Assembly (NCBI RefSeq): GCF_006345805.1 | Contig: NC_043026.1 | Coordinates: forward strand, 11,222,001-11,286,000 | Direction: 5' to 3' | DNA: 64,000 nt | Source of the DNA: Octopus sinensis | Taxonomy: Eukaryota | Part shown: in pieces, positions 24,049 to 36,380 of the stretch | Numbering within the stretch: the stretch's first letter is position 1 | How the letters are laid out: the number at the start of each line of letters is the position of its first letter | Notes under the pieces: generated by a model | Seen by the model: only the letters and a program-made list of their open reading frames with translations | Told to the model about the DNA's origin: nothing | The model's database searches: none | Made by a program: the position numbers and the translations under genes

Positions 24049-25569
24049 TTATTCCCCGGATGAATGTTTGTGTTTCATGAAGACGTGATTTTTAGAGAAT
24101 GATTTATCACAGATATCACAGTGATAGGACTTCTCTTTTGTATGAATGTATTTGTGTCTATTTAAATGGTCCTTTCGAGAGAATGATTTACTACAGATAT
24201 CACACTGATAAGGTTTTTCTCCTGTGTGAATGCGCTTATGTTTAGACAAATGATCGGAATGCGAAAATGACTTACCACAGATACCACAATGATAAGGTTT
24301 CTCTCCTGTGTGAATACGTTTGTGTTTTGTTAAGGTACTTCCTTCAGAGAACGACTGACCACAGATAACACACTGATAGGGTCTCTCTCCTGTATGAATG
24401 CGCTTATGTGCAGTTAAGCCTTCATTTTGAGAGAATGACCTACCGCAAATTTCACAGATGTAGGATTTCTCCCCTGTATGAATATATTTATGTTTAGTCA
24501 AGTGATGAGATTGAGTGAATGATTTATCACAGACATCACACTCATAAGGTTTCTCTCCTGTATGAATACGCTTGTGTTTAGTCAAACTACTTCCTTCGGA
24601 GAATGACCGACCACAGATAACACAATGAAATGGCTTCTCTCCAGTGTGAGTACGTTTGTGTTTAGTTAAAGTACTTCCATCACAAAATGAATGACCACAG
24701 ATAACACACTGATAAGGTTTCTCCTTAGTATGAATTGGCTTGTGTGCAGTCAAATCATCATTTTGAGAGAATGATTTATCAAAGGTATCACAATGATATA
24801 CTCTACTCTCTGGATGAATATGCTTGTGTTTCATGAAGATATGATTTTCAGAGAATGATTTGTCACAGATATCACAGTGATATGATATCTTTCTTGTATG
24901 AATGTATTTGTGTTTGTTTAAGTACTCCTTTCGAGAGAATGATTTACTACAGATATCACACTGATAAGGTTTTTCTCCAGTGTGAATGTGTTTGTGTTTA
25001 GTTAAGAGGTCATTCCGAGAGAATGATTTACTACAGATATCACAGTGATATGGTTTCTTCTTAGTATGAATGTGTTTGTGTTTAGTTAAGTGGTCATTTT
25101 GAGAGAATGATTTGCTACAGATATCACACTGATAAAGTTTTTCTCCATGGTGAATGCGTTTGTGTTTAATTAGGGTACTTGCACCAGAGAATGACTGACC
25201 ACAGACAACACACTGATATGGCCCCTCTCCTGTATGAATGCGTTTGTGTGCAGTTAAGCGGTCATTCCGAGAGAATGATTGACCACAGATATCACACTGA
25301 TATGGCCCCTCTCCTGTATGAATGTGTTTGTGTGCAGTTAAGCGGTCATTCCGAGAGAATGATTTACCACAGATATCACAGCGATACACTCTCTCTCCAG
25401 TATCAATACCATTGTGAATCCTGAGGCTATCGTCTCCAGCAAATCGATTTTTATGGGTATCACTCTGCTCTGATGTTTTCCCAATATCTTTTGGCATCTC
25501 CTCATCAAAGTCAATCCTTTCAGTCGGCAATTTAGATGTCACATTGTCTTCACACGATTCACTTTCCAT
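24049..25569 (-). CDS. C2H2 zinc-finger protein ZNF-2 (506 aa from MESESC; about 16 fingers, prematurely terminated)
   Basis: TGEKPY-linked fingers. ATG at 25569 chosen because its AATTATGGAA context and MExxxC leader match the paralogues. One finger has Cys>Phe (CDTF). Stop follows a frameshift (HKHSSGE*). Confidence 0.9.
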   Translation of the reverse strand: MESESCEDNVTSKLPTERIDFDEEMPKDIGKTSEQSDTHKNRFAGDDSLRIHNGIDTGERVYRCDICGKSFSRNDRLTAHKHIHTGEGPYQCDICGQSFSRNDRLTAHKRIHTGEGPYQCVVCGQSFSGASTLIKHKRIHHGEKLYQCDICSKSFSQNDHLTKHKHIHTKKKPYHCDICSKSFSRNDLLTKHKHIHTGEKPYQCDICSKSFSRKEYLNKHKYIHTRKISYHCDICDKSFSENHIFMKHKHIHPESRVYHCDTFDKSFSQNDDLTAHKPIHTKEKPYQCVICGHSFCDGSTLTKHKRTHTGEKPFHCVICGRSFSEGSSLTKHKRIHTGEKPYECDVCDKSFTQSHHLTKHKYIHTGEKSYICEICGRSFSQNEGLTAHKRIHTGERPYQCVICGQSFSEGSTLTKHKRIHTGEKPYHCGICGKSFSHSDHLSKHKRIHTGEKPYQCDICSKSFSRKDHLNRHKYIHTKEKSYHCDICDKSFSKNHVFMKHKHSSGE

Positions 25570-25742
25570 AATTTTCGTTTTTTCCAATACAATATGCAGA
25601 TGCTTTATATACTTTACTCCCAACAAATTTATCTTCTTACTCTTTATCTGAAGATGCTGCAAACTCTTTTCTAATCCAAGTTTAATGAGAATGTAAAATC
25701 ATCATTGAAGAGAAATTTTGCTTCGGTCATAAGAAATTTTTC

Positions 25743-26262
25743 ACAGCTAACGGTTCCTCATGAAGATAATATGGACGCCACTGGGCTCGAAAATTGAACC
25801 ATTATGTAAACCTCTATGAGGAATGTGAAGATGCAGGCTGGAAAGCGGAACATTTTCCAATCGAAGTCGGTTGTAGAGGGTTTGTTGGACACAGTGTGAG
25901 ACGACTGTTGTTATCGCTAGGCCTAACTCATCGTAAAGTCAATACCACCATGACTGATATCCAATCTACAGTGGAGAAGGCTAGCCACTGGATTTGGTTA
26001 AAAAGAGACGATGAGCGATGGCTAAAAGGATATTGAGTTTAACTTCATAACCAGCTGATCTAGCAAGCGGGGCCTCATATCAGTGAGGGGGGGGGCCGGT
26101 GCGCATTGATGCCGCCGAGAGGTAGGCCCTGAAATGGCGCACATTCTCTCCTGATGACCCCATACACTTGCTGGCTTCCGGTATACGGAGCTTTTGACTG
26201 GTAGCACTTGCATGTGCAACTTGTTTGCAAGACATATACCTTCTTTCAATAAACAAGGATAT
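25743..26262 (+). mobile_element. 5'-truncated HERO-like (restriction-like endonuclease) non-LTR element
   Basis: LTVPHE...Y..L.EEC..AGW....FPIEVGCRGF...LG...EKASHWIWLKR matches the RLE C-terminus I recall for HERO-clade elements; GC-rich 3' UTR ending AATAAAC. Confidence 0.75.
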
Positions 26263-26279
26263 ATCTGTTCTATGTAACA

Positions 26280-26390
26280 ATTTTGTTTAGTCTTTGAGAG
26301 ATGATAAATAGTGAAGATGTATCCAGAGTAAAAGAAATTAATTCAGCCAATGTGATCCAGCAATCTGAAATAAGAGAGAAATAGGGAAAA
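26280..26390 (-). promoter_or_regulatory. Putative splice acceptor and conserved leader segment of ZNF-2 (AG at 26366-26365)
   Basis: TTTCTCTCTTATTTCAG|...GATACATC...TTTATCATCT.T.AAAGACTAAA, shared with ZNF-3. Confidence 0.6.
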
Positions 26391-27104
26391 TATAGAGGAT
26401 GCTTAAAAAACAAGAGATTACACAATGGAAAACTTTACATGTTATATTATATGTATAGATATCTGTTACCTTTTACTCATTTCAACTACTGAACTGTGGC
26501 CATGCTAGAGCATTGCATTGGAATGTCTAGCTGAACAAATCAGTTAGAAATAATTTACTCTCTCTCTTTACTGTTTTACTTGTTTCAGTCATTTGACTGC
26601 GGCCATGCTGGAGCACTGCCTTTAGTCGAGCCCAGTACTTATTCTATCGGTCTCTTTTGCCGAACCGCTAGGGTGACGGGGACATAAACACACCAGCATG
26701 CTAGGGGGACAAACACAGACACACAAACACACCCGCACACAGTTTCCGAGGCAATAGTAGAAGACACTTGCCCAAGGTGCCACGCAGTGGGACTGAACCC
26801 GGAACCATGTGGTTTGTAAACAAGCTACTTACCACACAGCCACTACTGCGCTGCCTATTACTTAAATTGATTTAATTATTTCATAAAAGATTATAGTTGC
26901 GTGTTGTGGTAGTCGGGAAAGGGTAACTCAAACACTGACATCACGAGATAAAAAAAAAAAGGACACATAATCCACGTGTGTACATCTGTTACTAAGGTCA
27001 ACAACTCTTGTTCGAATCCCATTTTTCAACATCCTGCCGCTTATAACGTTATGATTGTGCAATGATGGCCAAAGACAGCCAGTTTTATTTCGTAGCTTTT
27101 CTTG

Positions 27105-27137
<33 letters not shown>

Positions 27138-27140
<3 letters not shown>

Positions 27141-27309
27141 GATCCTTCGGTATAGGTACCGTAAGTGGCTTTGTTTACATTTCTGAAGATAACAGAAACC
27201 CTTTTCTCCCACCCCTAACCGTAACCCTACCCCCACCCCCCATATTTATAAAAAAAACACTTTCTTGAAATGTATCCGGTACTTCCGGTACCTATACCGA
27301 AGTTACGCC
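27138..27309. mobile_element. 172-bp MITE with GGCG..CTTCGGTATAGGTACCG TIRs (second copy at 54385-54550)
   Basis: Imperfect TIRs; two near-identical copies in the window. Confidence 0.8.
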
Positions 27310-27385
<76 letters not shown>

Positions 27386-27534
27386 GAGGTCGACTTTGCC
27401 TTTCATCCTTTCGGGGTCGATAAATAAAAGTACCAGTTACGCACTGAGGTCGATGTAATCGACTTAATCCGTTTGTTTGTCCCCTCTATGTTTAACCCCC
27501 TGTGGGCAATAAAGATATATATATTATATATATA

Positions 27535-27568
<34 letters not shown>

Positions 27569-27894
27569 TAATAAATTTTTAATTAATAAATTTTAACTGC
27601 TCTTTCTAGTGAGTCGGATGTCCTATTATGGCCATCCCTTATATGTTTGAATGTATATATATATATACACACACACGCATACCTTGGTACAACTGACGAA
27701 AAGGGGCGGGGGAAAACGGTCCGATGAAGACAGATTGTCCGTAGGTGCAGACATTAAGGTCAGGTTACGTTAGGAGTGGTTAATATCAACAATTACATTA
27801 CAAAAGACAGAGGAATAAATACAGAATCGTACTTTTAATCAAACGCACTACACAGTCTGACAGTGTAAAATATCTGTACACTGTCAATATACAC

Positions 27895-28092
27895 CAGTGG
27901 TTTTCAACCAGGGTTCCGCCAGTACAGTCCAGGGGTTCCGCAAGAAGTTACAAAACTGCTAAAATCGGCAGTAATTTTTAATTCTCCTGTGCAGATATGT
28001 GTGCATAAGACTATTAAATTATTGCACAGGGGTTCTTCGAGCCAGTGGAATGTTTCCTTGGGGTTCCGCTCCAGCAAAAAGGTTGAAAAGCA

Positions 28093-28140
<48 letters not shown>

Positions 28141-28570
28141 TATTATATATCAGTGGTTTTCAACCAGGGTTCCGCCAGTACAGTCCAGGGGTTCCGCAAG
28201 AGGTTACAAAACTGCTAAAATCGGCAGTAATTTTAAGTCTCCTGTGCAGATATGTGTGCATAAGTCTATTAAATTATTGCGCAGGGGTTCCTCGAGCCAG
28301 TGCAATGTTTCCTTGGGGTTCCACTCAAGCAAAAAGATTGAAAAGCACTGGTCTAACTAGTGTCTAACTCAGTGGTTTTCAACCAGGGTTCCGCCAGTAC
28401 AGTCCATGGGTTCCGCAAGAAGTTACAAAACTGCTAAAATCGGCAGTAATTTTTAATCCTCCTGTGCAGATATGTGTGCATAAGACTATTAAATTATTGC
28501 ACAGGGGTTCCTCGAGCCAGTGGAATGTTTCCTTGGGGTTCCGCTCCAGCAAAAAGGTTGAAAAGCACTG
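27895..28570 (+). mobile_element. Three roughly 200-bp hAT-type MITEs (CAGTGGTTTTCAACC TIR)
   Basis: Copies at about 27895-28094, 28150-28349 and 28369-28570. Confidence 0.85.
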
Positions 28571-28589
28571 GATTACACTATGATTCAGT

Positions 28590-28680
28590 ACTTACCATGG
28601 ATGGTGAAGAGGTGTTGTTGATACGCCGTGGTTTTGTCCGCTGCTTCCGAAATCCGTTAAAAGGAGGTTCATAGTATGAG
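28590..28680 (-). promoter_or_regulatory. Candidate CpG-rich leader exon and donor for ZNF-2
   Basis: Perfect donor ATG|GTAAGT at 28596/28595 behind a short CpG-rich stretch, on the ZNF-2 strand. Confidence 0.35.
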
Positions 28681-29226
28681 TGTATATAGAATCTGATATT
28701 AAATATGAATGCAATGTTGTTATAACTGTTGGGTAGACATTTAACACAGACAATTTGTCGTGATTTGCAAAAGGAAATATTAAGAGGAAGTGATTTCAAA
28801 AGGCTGAGATGGAGTCTGCGCATTGTAACAGAAAATACTTAAAGGGTCACACATCTTGTTTCTCGACTCTTTTTTTTTTCTTTTATTCTGTGGACCCTTT
28901 TGATTCCTAATTTATACAGGTGGACGCTCATAACCATTCAATGTTTTAAAAAGTCGTGGTGCTCCTTCAGAAACGCCCCTCTCCAGTTAACCCTAATCCT
29001 AACGATGTTGGAGAGGTGCATTTCTGAAGAAGCTCCAAAATGGTACTACACTTTAATAAAGAAATATTGTTGAGAATTGTAAAGAAGAATTGTTAAAATA
29101 TTTTTGTATATTGGAGAAGTATGACCAATTTATTGCACATAAATTATAACAAAAAAAAACACCCTCTTGTATTGACCCCCAAGGGCCTTATGAATCTCTG
29201 TTGAGAAACACTGGGTTATCCTAGAA

Positions 29227-29662
29227 CAGTGCTTTTCAAACTTTTTGCTGAAGCGGAACCCCAAGGAAATATTCCACTGGCTCGAGGAACCCCTGTGCAA
29301 TCATTTAATAGTCTTATGCACACATATCTGCACAGGAGAATTAAAAATTACTGCCGATTTTAGCAGTTTTGTAACTTCTTGCGGAACCCCTGGACTGTAC
29401 TGGCGGAACCCTGGTTGAAAACCACTGAGTTAGACACAGTCAGTTAAACACTAGTTAGACCAGTGCTTTTCAATCTTTTTTGCTGGAGCAGAACCCCAAA
29501 GAAACATTCCACTGGCTCGAGGAACCTCTGTGCAATAATCTAATAGTCTTATGCTCACATATCTGCACAGGAGACTTAAAAATTACTGCCGATTTTAGCA
29601 GTTTTGTAGCTTCTTGCGGAACCTCTGGACTGTACTGGCGGAACCCTGGTTGAAAACCACTG
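29227..29662 (-). mobile_element. hAT-type MITE dimer flanked by a single 8-bp TSD
   Basis: TCCTAGAA at 29219-29226 and 29663-29670. Confidence 0.9.
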
Positions 29663-29823
29663 TCCTAGAATATTTGGTTAAAATACAAATTGAGACCCGT
29701 TAACGAAAACAAAAAACCCCAGCCTACTAAGTGTAAAAAGATATGTAGAAAACGAATAAAAAGAAATTGCGCAAACGAACGAGGGTGCTTGGGGAGAAGA
29801 CCTTCGGAAAATTAACAAGATCC

Positions 29824-30055
29824 TATTTCTTTATTACCCACAAGGGGCTAAACACAGAGGGGACAAACAAGGACAGACATAGGTATTAAGTCGATTACAT
29901 CGACCCCAGTGCGTAACTGGTACTTAATTTATCGACCCCGAAAGGATGAAAGGCAAAGTCGACCTCGGCGGAATTTGAACTTACAACGTAACGCAGACGA
30001 AGTACCGCTAAGCATTTCGCCCGGCGTGCTAACGTTTCTGCCAGCTTGCCGCCTT
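29824..30055 (-). mobile_element. Full-length SINE-A monomer
   Basis: A/B-box-like head (TGGCAGAAACG, GTTCAAATT); 17-bp TSD GAAAATT(A/C)ACAAGATCC. Confidence 0.9.
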
Positions 30056-30462
30056 GAAAATTCACAAGATCCGATTTTCCTCTCATAACTTTCAGTAAAA
30101 TGGATATATATTGGTGAAATTTTATAGAAATACTGTTCAGATGGTACAAATTAGGATTATAAAAAAATTTCTGTGGGAAATGTTTTCTGAAGGAGGGTGG
30201 GTGGAGAACACAGTCGGAAAATTCACAGGATCTGTTTTTTACCCTCGTAACTTTCAAGATCTAGTTTAGCGCCCGGTCACGAAAACGGAAACAAAAACCA
30301 ATCTAATAGGTGTAAAAGAAACCTGTAGAAAATGAATATTAAAACAAAAATTTGCGCAAACATACATGTGCATACCTTCGTCTTGGTTGGTAATTATTTA
30401 ATGGCAATGATTCAAGAGGGGGAGGCAGAACTTGGCAGCCTCCCACCCCACCGCCGTTCGTT

Positions 30463-30861
30463 TACTCTTTTACTTGTTTCAGTCATTTGACTGCGGCCAT
30501 GCTGGAGCACCGCCTTTAATCGAGCAACTCGACCCCGGGACTTATTCTATTGTAAGCCCAGTACTTATTCTATCGGTCTCTCTTTTGCCGAACCGCTAAG
30601 TGACGGGGACACAAACACACCAGCATCGGTTGTCAAGCAATGCTATGGGGACAAACACAGATACACAAACACACACACACATATATATATACATATATAC
30701 GACGGGCTTCTTTCAGTTTCCGTCTACCAAATCCACTCACAAGGCTTTGGTCGGCCCGAGGCTATAGTAGAAGACACTTGCCCAAGGTGCCACGCAGTGG
30801 GACTGAACCCGGAACCCTGTGGTTGGTAAACAAGCTACTTACCACACAGCCACTCCTGTGC
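30463..30861 (-). mobile_element. SINE-B
   Basis: Full family consensus by eye. Confidence 0.85.
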
Positions 30862-31033
30862 AATTTTCTTTTCATATTCGTTTTCTACACATTTTTTTTT
30901 ACCCCCATTAGACTTTTTTTTTTTCGTTTTGGTGTCTGGGTGCTAAACTAGATCCTGAAAGTTACGAGGGGGGACAAATGGACCGTGTGAACTTACCGAC
31001 AGGCCTCTCCTCACCCCTTTGGGAAACATCTTC

Positions 31034-31102
31034 GGCGATGTTTCGTTTGTTGTAGCACACGTTTCCGTCGATTTCCGTAAAAAATGTAAACACTGAATCG
31101 GC

Positions 31103-31134
<32 letters not shown>

Positions 31135-31712
31135 CACACACACATACATACACACACACACACATACATAGATACATACACACACACATACATGCAGACA
31201 TACATATACACATACACCGAGTAAAAAATTACACTGAATCGGCCATACATACATACATACATACATACACACATATATACACACACACATACATACACAC
31301 ACACACACATACATAGATACATACACACACACATACATGCAGACATACATATACACATACACCGAGTAAAAAATTACACTGAATCGGCCGTACATACATA
31401 CATACACACAAACATACTTACACACACACACACACATACATAGATACATACACACACACACATACATATACACATACACCGAGTAAAAAATTTCAGTTAT
31501 CTCTCTCTTTCACAACATACTGTCTGTCTCCCACACCCCATCAAACACACACACGGGGACTTCAAAAAGTAATTCCCTCGTCATAAAATCGCTTCCTCTT
31601 AGTCTCTTTCGCTCTCATTACTTCAAAAGTTCCCGCAAAGCCATATGTAAAAAAATAAAAGTTTTTTACGGAAATCGACGGAAACGTGTGCTACGACAAA
31701 CGAAACTTCGCC
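31034..31712. mobile_element. Related GGCGA-TIR MITE with internal roughly 142-bp microsatellite-containing tandem repeats
   Basis: TIR GGCGA(T/A)GTTTCGTTTGT(T/C)GTAGCACACGTTTCCGTCGATTTCCGTAAAA; interior shared with 2001-2420. Confidence 0.75.
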
Positions 31713-31774
31713 ACTTTCCTCACAAATTTCTTTATAATTGTAATCTATGCTGTTTGAAAGGTGTTTTTATTCTT

Positions 31775-32178
31775 TCTCTTTTACTTCTTTCAGTCATTTG
31801 ACTGCGACCATGCTGGAGCACCGCCTTTTAGTCGAGCAAATCAACCCCGGGACTTATTCTTTGTAAGCCCAGTACTTATTCTATCGGTCTCTTTGCCGAA
31901 CCGCTAAGTGACGGGGATGTAAACACACCAGCATCGGTTGTCAAGCAATGCTAGGGGGACAAACACAAACACACAATCATATGCACACACATACATATAT
32001 ATAAATACATATATACGACGGGCTTCTTTCAGTTTCCGTCTACCAAATCCACTCACAAGGCTTTGGTCGGCCCGAGGCTATAGTAGAAGACATTTGCCCA
32101 AGGTGCCACGCAGTGGAACTGAACCCAGAACCATGTGGTTGGTAAGCAAGCTACTTACCACACAGCCACTCCTACGCC
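31775..32178 (-). mobile_element. SINE-B
   Basis: Full family consensus by eye. Confidence 0.85.
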
Positions 32179-33057
32179 TGTTTCTGTAAAATTTCATTAA
32201 AAAATATTCATTTTCCTGAAAGTTATGAGGGGAAAAAAAACAAAACAGAATGTGTGAATTTTCCGACAGTCCTCTCCCCACACCTTCGGAAAAAAAATGT
32301 TCCCTACAAATTTCTTTATAATCGTAATTTGTGCCATTTGGATGGTATTTCTATAAAATTTCATTAATATATATCCATTTTCCTGAAAGTTATGAGGGAA
32401 AAATTGGATCTTGTGAATTTTCCAAAGGTCCTCTCCTCACCCATAAGTTTATTTACGGAATTTTTTTTTTTCCATATTCGTTTTTCTACACTCTTTTTTA
32501 CACCTAGAAAGCTGGATTTTTTTTTGCTTTCGATAACGGGTCTCAAACTGTATATTGACCGAATATTTTTAGTTTCTCACCTCAGCCATTTTCTGAAGGT
32601 TAGTTCTGTCATTCTTCCAATATTTATATTTCAGATCATTTCTATTCAAAAGGTCTTCTCTGGTTTGCTTTCAAAATGTTTTGGTAAGTTTCATTTGTTT
32701 TTCTTAGCTTTCTTAAAGATTTCTTAAGGTCCTTTTCTTTAATATTTATTACTTTTCTAAAAATAATTGTTTCAGTTTAGGGAATAAATTTTCCTTCTTT
32801 TTTTTATTATGTCTGTTTACAAATATGTATTTATTTGATTTTAGCCAATGTTGTTACACTCATAATAGAACGGTGCATGTGTCCCCATCATTTTAATGTC
32901 CGACTGATTCTTGTGTAACGTATGTGACACACTGACACACAAATTTAGAAATATTTAAGCTGTAAATCTTGAACGATCTTAAAGACCTGTATTGATTCAT
33001 ATTTCACAGAAAAGTTTTCACACTCAAACAAGTATTACAGCATTTTATTTTTATACT

Positions 33058-33645
33058 CTTACTCTTTTCCTCTTTTACTTGTTTCAGTCATTTGACTGCG
33101 GCCATGCTGGAGCACCACCTTTAGTCGAGCAAATCGACCCCGGGACTTATTCTTTGTAAGCCCAGTACTTATTCTATTGGTCTCTTTTGCCGAACCGCTA
33201 AGTGACAGGGACGTAAACACACCAGCATCGGTTGTCAAGCAATACTAGGCGGACAAACACAGACACACAAACACACACACACACATACATACATATACAT
33301 ATACATATATACGACAGGCTTCTTTCAGTTTCCGTCTACCAAATCCACTCACAAGGCATTGGTCGGCCCGGGGCTATAGCAGAAGACACTTGCCCAAGAT
33401 GCCACGCAGTGGGACTGAACCCGGAACCATGTGGTTGGTTAGCAAGCTACTTACCACACAGCCACTCCTATATACATATATACGACAGGCTTCTTTCAGT
33501 TTCCGTCTACCAAATCCACTCACAAGGCATTGGTCGGCCCGGGGCTATAGCAGAAGACACTTGCCCAAGATGCCACGCAGTGGGACTGAACCCGGAACCA
33601 TGTGGTTGGTTAGCAAGCTACTTGCCACACAGCCACTCCTGCGCC
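33058..33645 (-). mobile_element. SINE-B with tandemly duplicated 5' half
   Basis: Two copies of the roughly 175-bp head segment joined through TATA repeats. Confidence 0.85.
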
Positions 33646-34437
33646 TATGAATGATGATAATGGAAGTGTACAGAAAATAATTATTATTGGTGCAGTGGAA
33701 ATCAAAAACAAAAAACAGATCTTCGAATTACTGGGGGAGAAGCATCATCATCATCATCATCATCATTGTTTAACATCCGCTTTCCATGCTGGCATGGGTT
33801 GGCTGGTTTGACTGGGGACTAGTGAGCCAGATGGTTGCACCAGGCTCCAATCTGACATGGCAGAGTTTCTACAGCTGGATGCCCTTCCTAATGCCAAACA
33901 CTCTGAGAGTGTAGTAAAATTTACATGTTGCTTGATAGGATACAAACCTATGCTGGGAGACCCCAATGGATTTCTAGTCCATCGCCTTAACCACTTGGCC
34001 CTGATTAGAAATAGATGACAACATGCAACATGGAGAAATAAGCACAAGCTTCATTTTGTGTGATGGACGGCCCTTTTAAAACTATTTTATCAAGTAAGGT
34101 TGAGTGATTATGAAGGTCACCTCCAAACCACATAGTTTTGGACCTTGGGCAAGAATCTTCTACTATAAACACTGTGGACAACTAATGCTTTGTGATTGGA
34201 TTTGGTAGGCAAACAACGTGGCATCTCTATATAAATATGTGTATTTTATGTTTGCTTATATCCTCCATAACCTCAAGGGTCAGTAAAAGAACTAACAAAA
34301 TAAGTACCAAATTATAGGCCCAGACATGGCTGTGTGGTTAAGAAGTTTGTTTCACAACCAAGTGATTTCAGGTTTGGTGCCACTGTATGGCACTTTGGGT
34401 CAGCATTTTCTTCCATAGCCCAGACCAATGCCCTTAA

Positions 34438-34910
34438 CCCTTTCGTTACCAACCTGGTTGAAACCACCTCTGGCTCTGAGTACAAATGTCTTGTTTTCAT
34501 AAGTTTTGAATTAAAATCTGTCACCAAACCTTAGTCACAATTTATGTTCCTAACAGTAGCTGAATGATAACCAAGTTATTTTACTAAATTCTTTGTTATA
34601 TTTAAAATTAATTGAAAGAAACACAGAGCATCTCAACAGAAGTATGGTAACAAGAGGGTTAAAATATATAATAGAGAAACAATTCTTAACCCTTTTGATA
34701 CCAACCTGGTTGAAACCACCTCTGGCTCTGAGTACAAATGTCTTGTTTTCATAAGTTCTGAATTAAAATCCTCCACCAAACCTTAGTCACAATTTATGTT
34801 CCTAACACTAGCTTAATGATAACTAAGTTATTTTACTAAATTCTTTGTTATATTTAAAATGAATTGAAAGAAACACAGAGGATTTCAAAAGATATACAGT
34901 AACGAAAGGG
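34438..34910. mobile_element. Two 221-bp piggyBac-type MITEs (34438-34658, 34690-34910)
   Basis: TTAA|CCCT...AGGG|TTAA termini; absent from the duplicated arm near 61990. Confidence 0.9.
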
Positions 34911-35179
34911 TTAAATAATGTCCTTTTACACTAAAGCTTTTCTCATTGCCATACTGAGTTGCCACTCAACAGCATTTTCTGCCAAATACACTGGCATAAA
35001 TTAAAAAAAAACAAAAAAACATTGTAAGAGTTGTAGGTTCACTCTGTGAGCCATCATAGGACACAATTCAATATCTGCATTCCTGATATTGCTACCAAAG
35101 AGAAAAAAAAATGAAGTAATTTGAATGACAATCAGGGAGAACTTTATTGACTGCAAACAATATTTTGACATTAATACAG

Positions 35180-36031
35180 TTACTTTTCTGTATGAAAACA
35201 TTTGTGTGTATTGAAGCTAGTTTTATAAGAGAATGATTTACTACAGATATCACAGTGATACGGCTTTTCTCCCGTATGAATACGGCTGTGTGTGGTCAAG
35301 CTTTCTTTATGAGTGAATGATTTACCACAGATATCACAACGATATGGCTTTTCTCCTGTATGAATACGGCTGTGTTTAGTCAAGTCACCATTTTGTGAGA
35401 ATGATTTACCACAGGTAACACAGTGATATGGTTTCTCACCTGTATGAATACGTATGTGTTCCGTCAAGCGATGACTTCGGGAGAATGAATTACCACAGAT
35501 ATTACACTGGTATGGCTTCTCACCTGTATGAATATACTTGTGAGTGACTAAGACATGTCTCTGAGAGAATGAATTACCACAGATGTCACAATGATACAGC
35601 TTTTCTCCTGTATGAATGCGATTGTGTTTAGTTAAATCACTTTGTCTAGAGAATGATTTACCACAAATATCACAATGATATGGCTTCTCTCCTGTATGAA
35701 TACGTTTGTGTGCAGTTAAGCGGTCAGGTTGACAGAATGATTTACCACAAGTGTTGCAATGATAAGGCTTCTCACCTGTATGAATATATTTGTGAGTAGT
35801 TAAGGCTTGCTTCTGGGTGTATGATTTATCACAGATGTCACAGCGATATGGTGTGTCTCCTGTATGAATGCGATTGTGTCTAATAAGGTGGCTCTTTTGA
35901 GAAAATGCCCTCTTACAGACATCACACTGGTATGATTTTTTACCTGCTCCTTTCTTTATATTCCCTAGAGAATCAATCGTTTTAGATGGGGTTTTAAATT
36001 CAACTTTATCCTCACACAATTTATTTTCCAT
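35180..36031 (-). CDS. C2H2 zinc-finger protein ZNF-3 (283 aa, 9 fingers)
   Basis: Nine intact fingers with TGEKPY linkers; near-identical to ZNF-4. Confidence 0.95.
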   Translation of the reverse strand: MENKLCEDKVEFKTPSKTIDSLGNIKKGAGKKSYQCDVCKRAFSQKSHLIRHNRIHTGDTPYRCDICDKSYTQKQALTTHKYIHTGEKPYHCNTCGKSFCQPDRLTAHKRIHTGEKPYHCDICGKSFSRQSDLTKHNRIHTGEKLYHCDICGNSFSQRHVLVTHKYIHTGEKPYQCNICGNSFSRSHRLTEHIRIHTGEKPYHCVTCGKSFSQNGDLTKHSRIHTGEKPYRCDICGKSFTHKESLTTHSRIHTGEKPYHCDICSKSFSYKTSFNTHKCFHTEK

Positions 36032-36289
36032 AATTATGCTCCTCTCACAAAAATATAAAGATGATTGTCTCTTTTTTGCATAGACTTAATTTCTCACAAA
36101 AATTTATATTTCTACTTCTATATTTCCAATATGTTCTTTGCAGCTACCTGGAGATTCTGCAAATTCATTCGTAATCCTTGTTTGAGAAGAAAGCAAAATC
36201 CCCTGGTAAACATTCCAAATAGTGATATAGAGAACTGTTGCTATTTATCCCAAAACAGTGTTTTGTGTATAACATCTTCATTTAGTCTT

Positions 36290-36380
36290 TCAAAGATGAT
36301 AAAGGCTGCTGATGTATCAGGTGAACAAATATTCTTTGATGCCAGTATCACCTGATGATCTGAAATCACAGCAAAAAAAA
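36290..36380 (-). promoter_or_regulatory. Putative splice acceptor and leader of ZNF-3 (AG at 36361-36360); counterpart for ZNF-4 at 59600-59601 (+)
   Basis: TTTTTTGCTGTGATTTCAG|ATCATCAGGTGATACTGGC in both arms. Confidence 0.6.

Noticed and set aside
26110-26170. Hammerhead ribozyme in the HERO-like 3' UTR (GAAA...CTGATGA)
   Set aside because: The core motifs are present but stem I and stem II cannot be formed in the required order.
31938-32189. Recurrent short ORFs such as MSSNARG... and MPKMPRSGTEPG... as a peptide family
   Set aside because: They are antisense readings of SINE-B and vary in frame between copies.
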